A DNA stretch of 47,628 nt, taken from the NCBI GenBank assembly GCA_037130675.1, contig JBAXSN010000001.1:1-47628 (forward strand). Direction: 5' to 3'. This document shows, in pieces, positions 7,988 to 17,190 of the stretch (the first letter of the stretch is position 1; every line of letters begins with the position of its first letter). The notes under the pieces were generated by a model. It saw nothing but the letters and a program-made list of their open reading frames with translations. It did no database searches and was not told the origin of the DNA. The position numbers and the translations under genes are program-made. This stretch comes from Verrucomicrobiota bacterium. Its GTDB lineage: Bacteria; Verrucomicrobiota; Verrucomicrobiia; Chthoniobacterales; Chthoniobacteraceae.

Positions 7988-10900
7988 ATGAATAGATTAT
8001 TCGCCTCGATTCTTCTGATTTTCGCACTCGTCGCCCCGCTGCAAGCAGGCAACTTCATCGTTCGCACCACGTACGACGATGGCACGGCGCTGTTAACAGG
8101 AACCGAAGGTTCATTCAGGCAGGCGATCGCTTACGCCAATGCTCATCCTGGAACGACCATTATTTTTGGATTGTGGAATGGAGAGGGGCTGACCTTTTCG
8201 TTCGATTCGCCGCTGCCTGCGATTATTGCGCGATCGACAACTATTAACGGCAATAGCGTCACTTTTTACGATCCCGATGGCATTGTTGACCCCCAACAGA
8301 TCCGTCCGGACCCCAGCGATCCCCCGGACACGTCTCCAGTGATCACCCTGGATTTTTCCAGCGCGGGCGGCGACGGGCTGGTCTTCACCGGCGGCACCAG
8401 CACCCTCACAAATTTGATCATCCAACCGAGCAACGCATCGAACAATTATTCGTGCGTTCGATTGGATTCGAACAACAATAAAGTCTTTGGGTGCTATATC
8501 GGCACCGATGGGATGACCAATTACGGAAATACAGCTATCGGCATCACCATTACCGGAAAATCCAATCAGATCGGAAGCGCCACCCTGACGGAACGCAACC
8601 TCATCGGGGGCAATTCCACGAACATTTTGATCAGCGGCAGTCTGGCTACCTTAAACAATATATGGGGCAACTACATTGGGATCGGAGTGGATGGCGCCAC
8701 AGCCTTAAACGGCGACCCTTCAAGGGGAATCGTGGTCGATAGCGGATCATTAAACAATATCGGCACAACCGACGCAGGCAAAGGGAACGTGATCTCGGGC
8801 CACATGGATGCCGGGATAGAACTGACCAACGGAGCCACGAACAACACGGTGGCGAAAAACTTGATCGGCACGGATTCCGACCCTTCGGTTCCCATCTCGA
8901 TCAGTTCGGCGAGCGCGTCCGTCGCGAATCAGGATGGAATCAGGCTCACCAACGGGGCGACCAACAATAAGATCAATTGGAACGTGATTTCCGGCAACTT
9001 TGGCAACGGCATTTATTCGGTGGGCAGCGGCATCGGCAATTCGATCACATACAACTCTATAGGGACAACGGGCACCGGCGCAGATGCGTTCAGCATTCCA
9101 AACTCGGGAAACGGTATCGATCTTCATACCACGAACAGCACGATCATCTGGAACAACACCATTTCAGGCAACGCCACAGGGATTGCCCTCGACTCTTGTT
9201 ATGGGACGAGCGTCACCAAGAACAAGATCGGCACCGACCCGCTCGGTTCGACCGCCGACGGCTTCGGCAACTCGGGACCCGGCATCTACATTACCTCTGG
9301 AACGTCCAATGTAATCGGAGATACAAGCATCACTTCCACCGGCACGAATGCTTACGCCAACTCCAACATTATTTCGGGCAACAGTGTGGGGATTTTCATC
9401 GACAGCTCCTGGGGGGAGAAGATTGCGGGGAACGTCATCGGAACCGACATTACCGGAACCTTTTCGATTCCGAATTTCGGGACCGACAATGAACCTGGGT
9501 GCGGCATTTTCGCCCAGGATGCAAACAACCAGACCATTTCAGGAAATCTAATCAGTGGAAACGCACAAGACGGAATCTGGCTTAACGAATCCAGCGGAAT
9601 CACAGTAACGAAGAACAAGATCGGACTGGATTTCTCGCTCTCCAGCGCGATCGGCAATGGCAGAGCCGGTATTTACATCAGCGACGGCGGCTCCCATTTC
9701 ATCGGCGGGAGTGGATCGGGCAATTGGATATCGGGCAATGCAGGTTCCGGAATCGAACTTGAAAGCAGCGACAATCAAATTATAGGCAACAAAATCGGGA
9801 CGGACACGAGCGGCAAGTTCGCAATCGCCAATGGAACCGACAGCTTTAGCGATGCAGGCATTCTGGTGCTTTCCACCACTTGCGAAGCAACCAACAACGT
9901 CATCGGGAGCGGAAATCTCGTTTCAGGGAATATCGGGGACGGCATCCGGCTCGACGGCTCGGGGGTTCACGACAACACGGTAGCCGGCAACACCATTGGC
10001 CTCGCGCTGGACGGCACCTCACCGCTGACCAATAGCGGCAATGGAGTGGGCATTTACAATGGCGCCCACGACAACTTCATCGGCCAGGCATCGCTCGGGA
10101 TCAACAAGATCGCCTCTGATTACGATGGAATCCAGGTCAGCGGGAGTGACTCGGCCAACAACAGCCTTCATTCGTACTCGATTTTGCTGACCGCAGCCAG
10201 CACGGGGGTTCCTATCAATCTGATCGCCGATGTCAGCAATCCCAACGCATCGGCTCCGGCGCCCGTCCTGGTCACCGTGGACAATCTCCTGAATCTGGCG
10301 ATGGTGACCGGAACCTATCATGGCACACCGCTCCAAAGCGGCACGATCGACCTCTACAAGGCCCTCCCCGGGAAAGCGGTCACCTGGTTTAAAAGCCTGC
10401 CATTCGACACCGACGCCGCAGGCAACTGCACGTTTTCCACTCAACTTGGGTCTGGCTTTGGGGGGCAGACCCTCTACGCCATAGCCATCGACAGCACGGG
10501 AGCCACGAGTGAATTTTCGAACGGCTTGCTCATTCCGATGCGTTACCGACTCGCCGCCACGACGGCCACCGTCTCCGAGAACGTGGCAACCGGCAATCTG
10601 GCAGTCGTGGTCTATCGCGACGGCTACATCTCCACCTCGGGAACCCTCACTCTGACAACACAGAAAGGCGGCACGGCAAAACCGGGGATCGATTTCGGCA
10701 CCCTCAACAGCTTGCAAGACCTCGCCCTCCCCGTTGTGTTCAAAGCGGGCGCGACCTCGGGAACCGCCATCATCCCCATTATCAACAACTCCAAAGCCAA
10801 CGGGGAACGCTCGTTTGTGGCAACGCTCGCGCGGAAACCCGGCGCGGTGATGAATCCCCGCAGCATAACCGTCAACATCACCGATGCCCAGGCGCCTGCC

Positions 10901-11935
10901 GGGTTGATCGGTTTTGCCTCCCCCACAGTTCACGCCAATGAAAGCGCCAAAGCCGTAGTCTTCACCGTCGTGCGCAGCGGTGGCCTCGGGAAGACCGCAA
11001 CCGTCAAATACACCCTGACCCCCGGAAGCGCACAAACGCCAACTAATTTCACCGTTCCAAAAAGCAACGTGATTTCGTTTTCGGCATACCAGACTGCCGC
11101 AATCGTGGTGATCCCGGTGATCCCCCACGCTGGGTTCGACCAGCCAAAGGCGTTCACCATGACGCTTTCCAGCCCTTCTCTTTCTCCCCTAGCGACGCTG
11201 CCAAATTCCACAGCCCTCCCCAAGACCGCGACGGCGACCATCTACGATGACAGCAACTCCAAAGGCGCCCTGCAATTCTCTGCATCGAATCTTACGGTTC
11301 AGGAAAACGACGGCTACGCCAGGCTCACCATCACCCGGCTCGGCGGAAGTTCCGGATCGGCCTCTGTCCGCTACACCACCAGCAATCTCACGGCAATATC
11401 GGGAACCGATTACAAAGCGGCGAGCGGTACCGTCTCGTTCGCCGCCAAGCAGCTCACCGCATCCGTTTCGATTCCGATTCTCAACGACAACGTTTTTGAG
11501 CAACCCGAAACGTTCAGGGTCACTCTCTCCTCGCCCGTCAACGCGACCTTGGCCGCGCAAAACACAGTGGATGTGACGGTCGTCGATGACGATAATCCGG
11601 ATGGCGTGCTTGAGTTTGCCTCCAGCGGGTATTCCGCTACTGAAGCTTCCGGCACTGCTACGCTCACCGTAAAGCGGCTCGGGGGCGCCGACAGCGTGGT
11701 CTCCGTCCAATATTCCACAGCTAAAGGAAGCGCCGTTTCGGGGAGTGATTTCGGCAATACGATCGGCACCCTCACCTTCTACGCGGGCCAACGCACCGCG
11801 ACCATAAGGGTTCCGATCATAAGAGACGCCCTCATCGAACCTGCGGAAACCTTCACAGTAGCACTTTCAAATCCGACCAACGGAGCCATGCTTGGCCTGC
11901 GGAAGACGGCTACGGTTACTATTCTGGCGAATTGA
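7988..11935 (+). CDS. Secreted right-handed parallel beta-helix (PbH1/NosD-like) protein with one beta-sandwich/Calx-beta module and a 3 x Calx-beta C-terminal cassette
   Basis: Signal peptide MNRLFASILLIFALVAPLQAG. About 700 aa of N.I.GN / G.GI repeats typical of parallel beta-helices. The C-terminal ~345 aa is colinear with the C-terminus of the preceding protein. Confidence 0.85.
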   Translation: MNRLFASILLIFALVAPLQAGNFIVRTTYDDGTALLTGTEGSFRQAIAYANAHPGTTIIFGLWNGEGLTFSFDSPLPAIIARSTTINGNSVTFYDPDGIVDPQQIRPDPSDPPDTSPVITLDFSSAGGDGLVFTGGTSTLTNLIIQPSNASNNYSCVRLDSNNNKVFGCYIGTDGMTNYGNTAIGITITGKSNQIGSATLTERNLIGGNSTNILISGSLATLNNIWGNYIGIGVDGATALNGDPSRGIVVDSGSLNNIGTTDAGKGNVISGHMDAGIELTNGATNNTVAKNLIGTDSDPSVPISISSASASVANQDGIRLTNGATNNKINWNVISGNFGNGIYSVGSGIGNSITYNSIGTTGTGADAFSIPNSGNGIDLHTTNSTIIWNNTISGNATGIALDSCYGTSVTKNKIGTDPLGSTADGFGNSGPGIYITSGTSNVIGDTSITSTGTNAYANSNIISGNSVGIFIDSSWGEKIAGNVIGTDITGTFSIPNFGTDNEPGCGIFAQDANNQTISGNLISGNAQDGIWLNESSGITVTKNKIGLDFSLSSAIGNGRAGIYISDGGSHFIGGSGSGNWISGNAGSGIELESSDNQIIGNKIGTDTSGKFAIANGTDSFSDAGILVLSTTCEATNNVIGSGNLVSGNIGDGIRLDGSGVHDNTVAGNTIGLALDGTSPLTNSGNGVGIYNGAHDNFIGQASLGINKIASDYDGIQVSGSDSANNSLHSYSILLTAASTGVPINLIADVSNPNASAPAPVLVTVDNLLNLAMVTGTYHGTPLQSGTIDLYKALPGKAVTWFKSLPFDTDAAGNCTFSTQLGSGFGGQTLYAIAIDSTGATSEFSNGLLIPMRYRLAATTATVSENVATGNLAVVVYRDGYISTSGTLTLTTQKGGTAKPGIDFGTLNSLQDLALPVVFKAGATSGTAIIPIINNSKANGERSFVATLARKPGAVMNPRSITVNITDAQAPAGLIGFASPTVHANESAKAVVFTVVRSGGLGKTATVKYTLTPGSAQTPTNFTVPKSNVISFSAYQTAAIVVIPVIPHAGFDQPKAFTMTLSSPSLSPLATLPNSTALPKTATATIYDDSNSKGALQFSASNLTVQENDGYARLTITRLGGSSGSASVRYTTSNLTAISGTDYKAASGTVSFAAKQLTASVSIPILNDNVFEQPETFRVTLSSPVNATLAAQNTVDVTVVDDDNPDGVLEFASSGYSATEASGTATLTVKRLGGADSVVSVQYSTAKGSAVSGSDFGNTIGTLTFYAGQRTATIRVPIIRDALIEPAETFTVALSNPTNGAMLGLRKTATVTILAN

Positions 11936-12025
11936 GCGCCTGCGCACCAAGTTAAGAAATTCGCCACCCATCTTATCTTGACAGACCGCTGCGCGTGTCG
12001 CGTAGTGATCCCAATCACCAGCGCC

Positions 12026-12301
12026 ATGACTAAGGAAGAGTTTGCAACCATCATGAAGCAGTTCCGGGAACGGCGGAAGCTTACCCAGGAAGAAGCTGCC
12101 GCCGATCTTGGAGTTTCGGTGCGCACCCTGCAAAACTGGGAAATCGCCCGGAACATGCCGAACGGCTATGGCCTCCAGGCCATTCTGAGAACGCTGGAAG
12201 CTCCCGCCGAAAGCCGGAGGCCAAGGCTGCGCCCGGAAAAGAAAACCGAGGCCGCCGAGCCGGTTCATGTCACCGGCAGCCTCGAAACGCATTTGCTTTG
12301 A
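12026..12301 (+). CDS. XRE-family helix-turn-helix protein
   Basis: RKLTQEEAAADLGVSVRTLQNWE is a classic HTH_3/XRE motif. The start is uncertain: the ORF opens at 11978, and the ATG at 12026 gives MTKEEF. Confidence 0.65.
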   Translation: MTKEEFATIMKQFRERRKLTQEEAAADLGVSVRTLQNWEIARNMPNGYGLQAILRTLEAPAESRRPRLRPEKKTEAAEPVHVTGSLETHLL

Positions 12302-12315
12302 TAGGCCCAGCGGAA

Positions 12316-12431
12316 ATGGACTGACACGGACGAACACGGACTGGCACGGACCCCAGAAGAAGATGGGCCGCTCCTGGCGCCGCTTCGGATGTCCGTCCGT
12401 GTCCGTCCGTGTCCGTCCGTGTTCTGTCCAT
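12316..12431. repeat. Compound palindrome, ACGGAC-core family (10-bp period, ~37-nt spacer)
   Basis: Left arm: ATGGAC tgac ACGGAC gaac ACGGAC tggc ACGGAC. Right arm: GTCCGTCCGT x3 then GTTCTGTCCAT. The reverse complement of the right arm has the same hexamer phasing as the left arm. Confidence 0.9.
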
Positions 12432-12489
12432 ATCCTCTCGAAAAATTTCTGTTCAAGCGGCGCTTTCTGCCAAAGACTAGCCCCATATT

Positions 12490-13281
12490 ATGCAGAACCG
12501 GATCGATCAGACTTTTGAGCGGCTGCGCTCGCGCGGACAATCGGGATTTATCGCTTACATTGGAGCGGGAGACCCCAACTTGGCGGCAACCGAAGCGCTG
12601 GCGCTCGCGCTGGAATCCGCCGGGGTGGACATTCTGGAACTCGGGGTGCCCTTTTCCGATCCCCTGGCGGACGGCATCGTCAACCAGCAGGCGGCCTTGC
12701 GGGGACTCGCTTCGGGAACCACGCTCCATGGGGTGCTCGACTGCGTCAAGCGCATCCGGGAGAAATCGCAAATGGCGATCGTTCTCTACACTTACATGAA
12801 CCCAGTGTATCGGTTTGGGTTTGCGGAGTTCCTGCGCGAAGCCGAAGCGGCGGGCGTGGACGGCGTTCTTTTGCTCGATTTGCCGCCCGACGAAGATTGC
12901 GGCGAGTTCGAAGTGGCCAGCAACATCCGGCGCATCCGGTTGATCGCCCCCACCACGCCCCCGGCGCGCGTCGCGGAACTGACCAAGCGCGCAGAGGGCT
13001 TTGTTTATTACGTCTCGCGTGAAGGCGTCACCGGAGAGCAAACCACGATTTCCGACACGCTCGCCGCAGGCGTGGCAAGCATCCGGGAAACCACCGATCT
13101 GCCGATCGCTGTCGGCTTCGGAATTTCCAATCCCGAGCAAGCCCGCGAAGTGGCTCGCCAGGCGGATGCCGTGGTGGTCGGCAGCGCCATCGTCAAGCGG
13201 ATCGCGGAATTCGGCCACTCCCCGGATCTGGTCCAGCGGGTGGCGGATTTCGTGCGCCCGCTGGCTGCCGCGACGAAGTAA
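12490..13281 (+). CDS. trpA: Tryptophan synthase alpha chain
   Basis: 263 aa. Carries ELGVPFSDPLADG and the C-terminal GFGIS...VVGSA motifs typical of TrpA. Confidence 0.93.
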   Translation: MQNRIDQTFERLRSRGQSGFIAYIGAGDPNLAATEALALALESAGVDILELGVPFSDPLADGIVNQQAALRGLASGTTLHGVLDCVKRIREKSQMAIVLYTYMNPVYRFGFAEFLREAEAAGVDGVLLLDLPPDEDCGEFEVASNIRRIRLIAPTTPPARVAELTKRAEGFVYYVSREGVTGEQTTISDTLAAGVASIRETTDLPIAVGFGISNPEQAREVARQADAVVVGSAIVKRIAEFGHSPDLVQRVADFVRPLAAATK

Positions 13282-13306
13282 GCCGCCGATTAAGAGATTT
13301 CCGGAC

Positions 13307-13354
13307 TTCGCGCCTTCGCGTCTTCGCGTGACACAAAAAGAACTCACGCGAAGG
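13307..13354. repeat. Compound palindrome, CTTCGCG-core (3 units on the left, 1 on the right)
   Basis: CTTCGCGc CTTCGCGt CTTCGCGTGA, a 12-nt loop, then TCACGCGAAG. The innermost stem is a perfect 10 bp. It lies 26 nt after the trpA stop. Confidence 0.85.
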
Positions 13355-13686
13355 CGGTAGAGTAGAGAGTGGCAGAGGCACTGTTTGGCAGCGCGGTTCT
13401 GCCACTCCCCCTCATCGAACCGGACGTGCAGGTTTCCCGCATCCGGCTCTCCTGTGAACATTTCGTCATGGGCGAAGAAGCCCCGGTTGCTGGAGATACC
13501 GATAGTAAGTCATTTCCTTGGGCCGGTGGCATTTGCGCTGGCTGCGCCGGTTCAGGTGCGTGATCATCCGCGACCGGGCATAATGCCCACGGACTGTCAA
13601 AAAATGTCGCCTGCCCCCCTTCAGGAGATCGAGTTCGCATCTGCGTCGTGCTTGATTCCCAAGCCGGCGCTCTTTAGTTTGAGCCC

Positions 13687-14025
13687 ATGACTATCTTCGA
13701 GAAAATCGCCCGTCGCGAGATCCCCGCCAGCATTGTCTATGAAGAGGAGGATTTTTTCGCGTTCCAGGATGTCGCGCCAGTGGCACCCGTCCATGTGTTA
13801 ATCGTTCCCAAACGGGTGATCCCCCGGATCGGAGATGCGGAGCCCGAAGACGCGGCGCTGCTTGGCCGGATGCTGGTGGCCTCGAAGGAAATCGCTCGGA
13901 AACTGGGGGTTGGCGAATCCGGCTACCGCTTGGTGATCAATCACGGCCCGGATGCCGGGGAAAGCGTTCCGCATCTGCATATCCATCTGCTGGGGAAGCG
14001 CAAGCTCGCCTGGCCTCCGGGATAG
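13687..14025 (+). CDS. HIT-family (histidine triad) nucleotide hydrolase
   Basis: 112 aa with the HLHIHLLG histidine triad and the N-terminal IF.KI..E.P motif. Confidence 0.88.
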   Translation: MTIFEKIARREIPASIVYEEEDFFAFQDVAPVAPVHVLIVPKRVIPRIGDAEPEDAALLGRMLVASKEIARKLGVGESGYRLVINHGPDAGESVPHLHIHLLGKRKLAWPPG

Positions 14026-14064
14026 GGGATAGGACGGGAGAGTTCCACGGGGACATCGCCGCGG

Positions 14065-15528
14065 CTACAGGGTGGCCCGGAGCGCCGTATCCAGCCGCTG
14101 CCACAGCTCCTCGGGATCTTCCAACCCCACGGAGATGCGGATAAGATAACGCGACACGCCACATGCCTCAGCCCATTCAAGCTCGGAGTAGTGCGCCAGC
14201 AGCGTAAAGGGACAGGCGAGTGTGAAGACAGTCCCCAAGCTCGGGCCTTTGCACAAGGCCAGCGCGTCGTAAATGCGCGGCGCGGTCCTTTCGGCATTCT
14301 TTGGCAAAAAGGTGATCAGCGAACCCCACCCGCCCTCGGGCCGGCGCAGCGCCTCATAGACCTCGCTAAATTCCCACTTCGGATACCAAACCCGCTCCAC
14401 CGCCGGGTGCTCGCGCAACCTTTCGGCCAGCAACAACCCGCTTTCGTTGTGCCGCTTCATCCGCTCGGGAAACCCGTGCGCCTGCGCGTCCAGGACCGCC
14501 GCATCGCCCCCCCATAGGAGTTCCTCGTGCCGGGCGGAAACGAGCGCCTTCAATTCGCGATAATACGGCGATTTGGGATTGCAGATGACCGCGCCCCCCA
14601 TGACATCGCCGGTCCCTGCAATGTATTTGGTGAGACTGGTGGCAATCAGATCGGCGTGGTCGCCCAAGTCCACGTTGAAAGGCGTTCCGACAACGTCGTC
14701 AGCGATCAGCGGAACTCCGTGCGCGCGCAAAATCGGCGTAATTCCCCGGAGATCGGCTGACCCGAGCGTCGGATTCCCTGGGATCTCGCAAAAGCAGGCG
14801 GCCAACGACTGCTTGAGGAGCAAAATTTTCAAGTCTTTCGGGATCGTCTCAAGGTTGTGTAGCAACGTGGCGCCAACCCCGAGCTTCTGTTGGACTTTGA
14901 GGGTATCGACGTAGCAAAATCCGAGTTGGGCGGTCGGCTTGGAGGGGCTGCGGTCCATGGCCGCACGCAAGGCCGCGAATTGCGCCGCCATCCCGGTCGG
15001 CAGCAGAAAAACATCTTCCGACGAGCATTGATAGAAGCCGGCGATCTGCCTCCGCAGAGAGCGGCGCACCTCGGCGGCTCCGGTGTCGATCTGCCCGGTT
15101 AAGAAAGCCTCGGCTTGCCGACTGGAAACGATCAGGCCGGTGTGCTGCCAGAATTGCCGCAAGATGGAGTACCCCGCCTCGTTGGTCACCACGCCGTAAA
15201 TCCAGCCCTCGCCCGGAACCACCGTCGCCGGCGATGCGCCGTTTTTTCTCACAAAATCCGCAGCCAGCTTCGCCACGTAAGCCGACGGAAACGGCAGGCA
15301 CGGTTTCCCGCCGCCGATTCGCAAAGCCAGTTTTTGGACCAGCGGGTGAATGACGAACCGCGGATACCCGCACTCAAGGCGCGAGACGACTTCCGGCGAT
15401 TTCTCCTCATACCCAACCACATCTTCCCAGCGCGGCAAGGCAACCGAGATGGCATGGACGGATTCCGGAATGGCGCGGCCGAGCTCGTCGCCTTTCCAAA
15501 TCGGGTTCGAAAGCAGATCGCGTGTCAT
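14065..15528 (-). CDS. Cys/Met-metabolism PLP-dependent enzyme with an N-terminal extension of roughly 150 aa ahead of the PLP fold (cystathionine gamma-synthase-like)
   Basis: 487 aa. SLTKYIAG is a PLP-lysine motif. The N-terminal segment (IPESVHAISVALPRWEDVVGYEE) resembles the long fungal-type CGS-like proteins as I remember them. Confidence 0.75.
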   Translation of the reverse strand: MTRDLLSNPIWKGDELGRAIPESVHAISVALPRWEDVVGYEEKSPEVVSRLECGYPRFVIHPLVQKLALRIGGGKPCLPFPSAYVAKLAADFVRKNGASPATVVPGEGWIYGVVTNEAGYSILRQFWQHTGLIVSSRQAEAFLTGQIDTGAAEVRRSLRRQIAGFYQCSSEDVFLLPTGMAAQFAALRAAMDRSPSKPTAQLGFCYVDTLKVQQKLGVGATLLHNLETIPKDLKILLLKQSLAACFCEIPGNPTLGSADLRGITPILRAHGVPLIADDVVGTPFNVDLGDHADLIATSLTKYIAGTGDVMGGAVICNPKSPYYRELKALVSARHEELLWGGDAAVLDAQAHGFPERMKRHNESGLLLAERLREHPAVERVWYPKWEFSEVYEALRRPEGGWGSLITFLPKNAERTAPRIYDALALCKGPSLGTVFTLACPFTLLAHYSELEWAEACGVSRYLIRISVGLEDPEELWQRLDTALRATL

Positions 15529-15533
15529 TTTGG

Positions 15534-16676
15534 TTAAAGCGCCTCGTCGATGTCTCGGCGCAGATCCGCCACGTCTTCAATGCCGACCGAGAAACGGATC
15601 AGCCCGTCCCCGATTCCCACCTTCCGCCGGACCTCGGCCGGAACCGAAGCATGGGTCATCGTCGGCGGATGGCAAACCAGACTTTCCACCCCGCCCAAAC
15701 TTTCGGCGAGGGTGAAGAGCCGCAATCGCCGGCAGAAAGCCAGCGCCTCTTCCGCCGAGCGGTCGAGTTCGGCAATAATAATCCCGGAGCCGCCGGTCAT
15801 TTGGCGTTTGGCCAGTTCGTATTGGGGATGGCTCGGCAGAAAGGGATAGCGCACCAGGCGAACTCCCTTGCGGGTTTCCAGCCAGCGGGCCAGTTCCAGC
15901 GCGTTGGCGCAGTGCCGCTCCATGCGGAGCGCCAGCGTGCGCTGGCCGCGCGTGGTCAGCCAGGCATCGAACGGCGACGGCTGCAATCCCAGGGCTTTTT
16001 GGGCGAAGATCATCCGCTCCTGCCACTCCGGGTCGTTGGTGGCGACCACGCCGCCGAGGCAGTCGCTGTGGCCGTTCACATACTTGGTGGTGGAGGAAAG
16101 CGAGAGGGTCGCGCCGAGTTCGAGCGGTCGCTGCAGGTAAGGCGAGGCAAACGTGTTATCCACCAGCGTCACGGCTCCGACTTCCGCCGCGATCCGGCTG
16201 ATTCCCGCGATGTCCACGATTTTTAGCAGGGGATTGGTGGGGCTCTCCAGCCAGACCAGCGTCGGGCGGGAGCGGCGGATTTCTTCCCAGTTCGCCTCGC
16301 AACTCAGATCGACATAACGGACCTGCAATCCGAACTTGGCAAACACCCGATCAAAAAGCCGGTACGTGCAGCCATAGACATTCTCTTCAGCCAGCACCAG
16401 ATCGCCGCTCTTCAAGCTCGAAACCACCGCCGTGATTGCCGAGACGCCGCTTGCAAAACAGGTGGCATATTGCGCGCCTTCGAGCGAGGCCATGCTCTCG
16501 GCCAGCAGGCGGAAATTCGGATTTCCCGAGCGGGTGTAGTCGAAGCCATCCGCGTTGCCGCTTTCAAAGGTGGAGGTCATATAGACCGGCGGCATCACCG
16601 CCCCGGTGTTCCCGGAATAGCCGCGCCCTTCGTGAACCGACCTCGTGCCAAACCCAAGTTCCTGCTCTGGTTTCAT
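15534..16676 (-). CDS. Cystathionine gamma-synthase / beta-lyase family trans-sulfuration enzyme
   Basis: 380 aa. STTKYVNGHSD is a PLP-lysine motif, and length and N-terminus are canonical for the MetB/MetC/MccB family. Confidence 0.88.
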   Translation of the reverse strand: MKPEQELGFGTRSVHEGRGYSGNTGAVMPPVYMTSTFESGNADGFDYTRSGNPNFRLLAESMASLEGAQYATCFASGVSAITAVVSSLKSGDLVLAEENVYGCTYRLFDRVFAKFGLQVRYVDLSCEANWEEIRRSRPTLVWLESPTNPLLKIVDIAGISRIAAEVGAVTLVDNTFASPYLQRPLELGATLSLSSTTKYVNGHSDCLGGVVATNDPEWQERMIFAQKALGLQPSPFDAWLTTRGQRTLALRMERHCANALELARWLETRKGVRLVRYPFLPSHPQYELAKRQMTGGSGIIIAELDRSAEEALAFCRRLRLFTLAESLGGVESLVCHPPTMTHASVPAEVRRKVGIGDGLIRFSVGIEDVADLRRDIDEAL

Positions 16677-16681
16677 GGTCG

Positions 16682-17140
16682 TTAAATCACGTAATCCAAC
16701 CCAGCCGCTTCGTCCTTCAGTCGGCTCGCGCGCTCGCAGAGGTCGGCCAAGGTCACGTTTTCCAGCACCTTCAGCATGGCTTCCTGCACTTCTTTCATGA
16801 CGCTTCGAATCGCCAGTTGAATCTCGTCCGGGCGAACCCCCTTGCGGCCCGATTTATCCCCTTCGGTCGTCACCGGCGCCAAGGCCCCCTCCACATACCG
16901 GATCAATTCAGCCAGGCTGATTTCTTCCGGTGGACGCGCAAGCTGGTAACCCCCTGCGATTCCTCGACGGCTTTCGACAAATCCGCCGGACTTCACGTCG
17001 TTGAGGATCTGTTCCAGGAAGCGTTTGGGAATGTTTTGCTGCTCGGAGATCGCCTGAATACGGACAATTCCTTTGCCATAATGCTCCGCGAGCACGATCA
17101 GCGCGCAAAGAGCGTATTCCCCACGAAGCGAGAGTTTCAT
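16682..17140 (-). CDS. Rrf2-family transcriptional regulator (CymR/IscR-like)
   Basis: 152 aa. N-terminal winged HTH MKLSLRGEYALCALIVLA... is typical of Rrf2. It is the first gene of the minus-strand trans-sulfuration operon. Confidence 0.85.
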   Translation of the reverse strand: MKLSLRGEYALCALIVLAEHYGKGIVRIQAISEQQNIPKRFLEQILNDVKSGGFVESRRGIAGGYQLARPPEEISLAELIRYVEGALAPVTTEGDKSGRKGVRPDEIQLAIRSVMKEVQEAMLKVLENVTLADLCERASRLKDEAAGLDYVI

Positions 17141-17190
17141 GGATGCATCATCGTAATCTACATCGAGTAAGTCAAGAAAGAGATTTCGGA

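Noticed and set aside
12490-13281. trpA without an adjacent trpB, and rpmI-rplT without infC upstream, considered as possible rearrangements.
   Set aside because: Dispersed trp genes and infC separation occur in many lineages. Nothing in the sequence, such as remnants or IS elements, indicates a recent event beyond the neighbouring repeat elements already reported.
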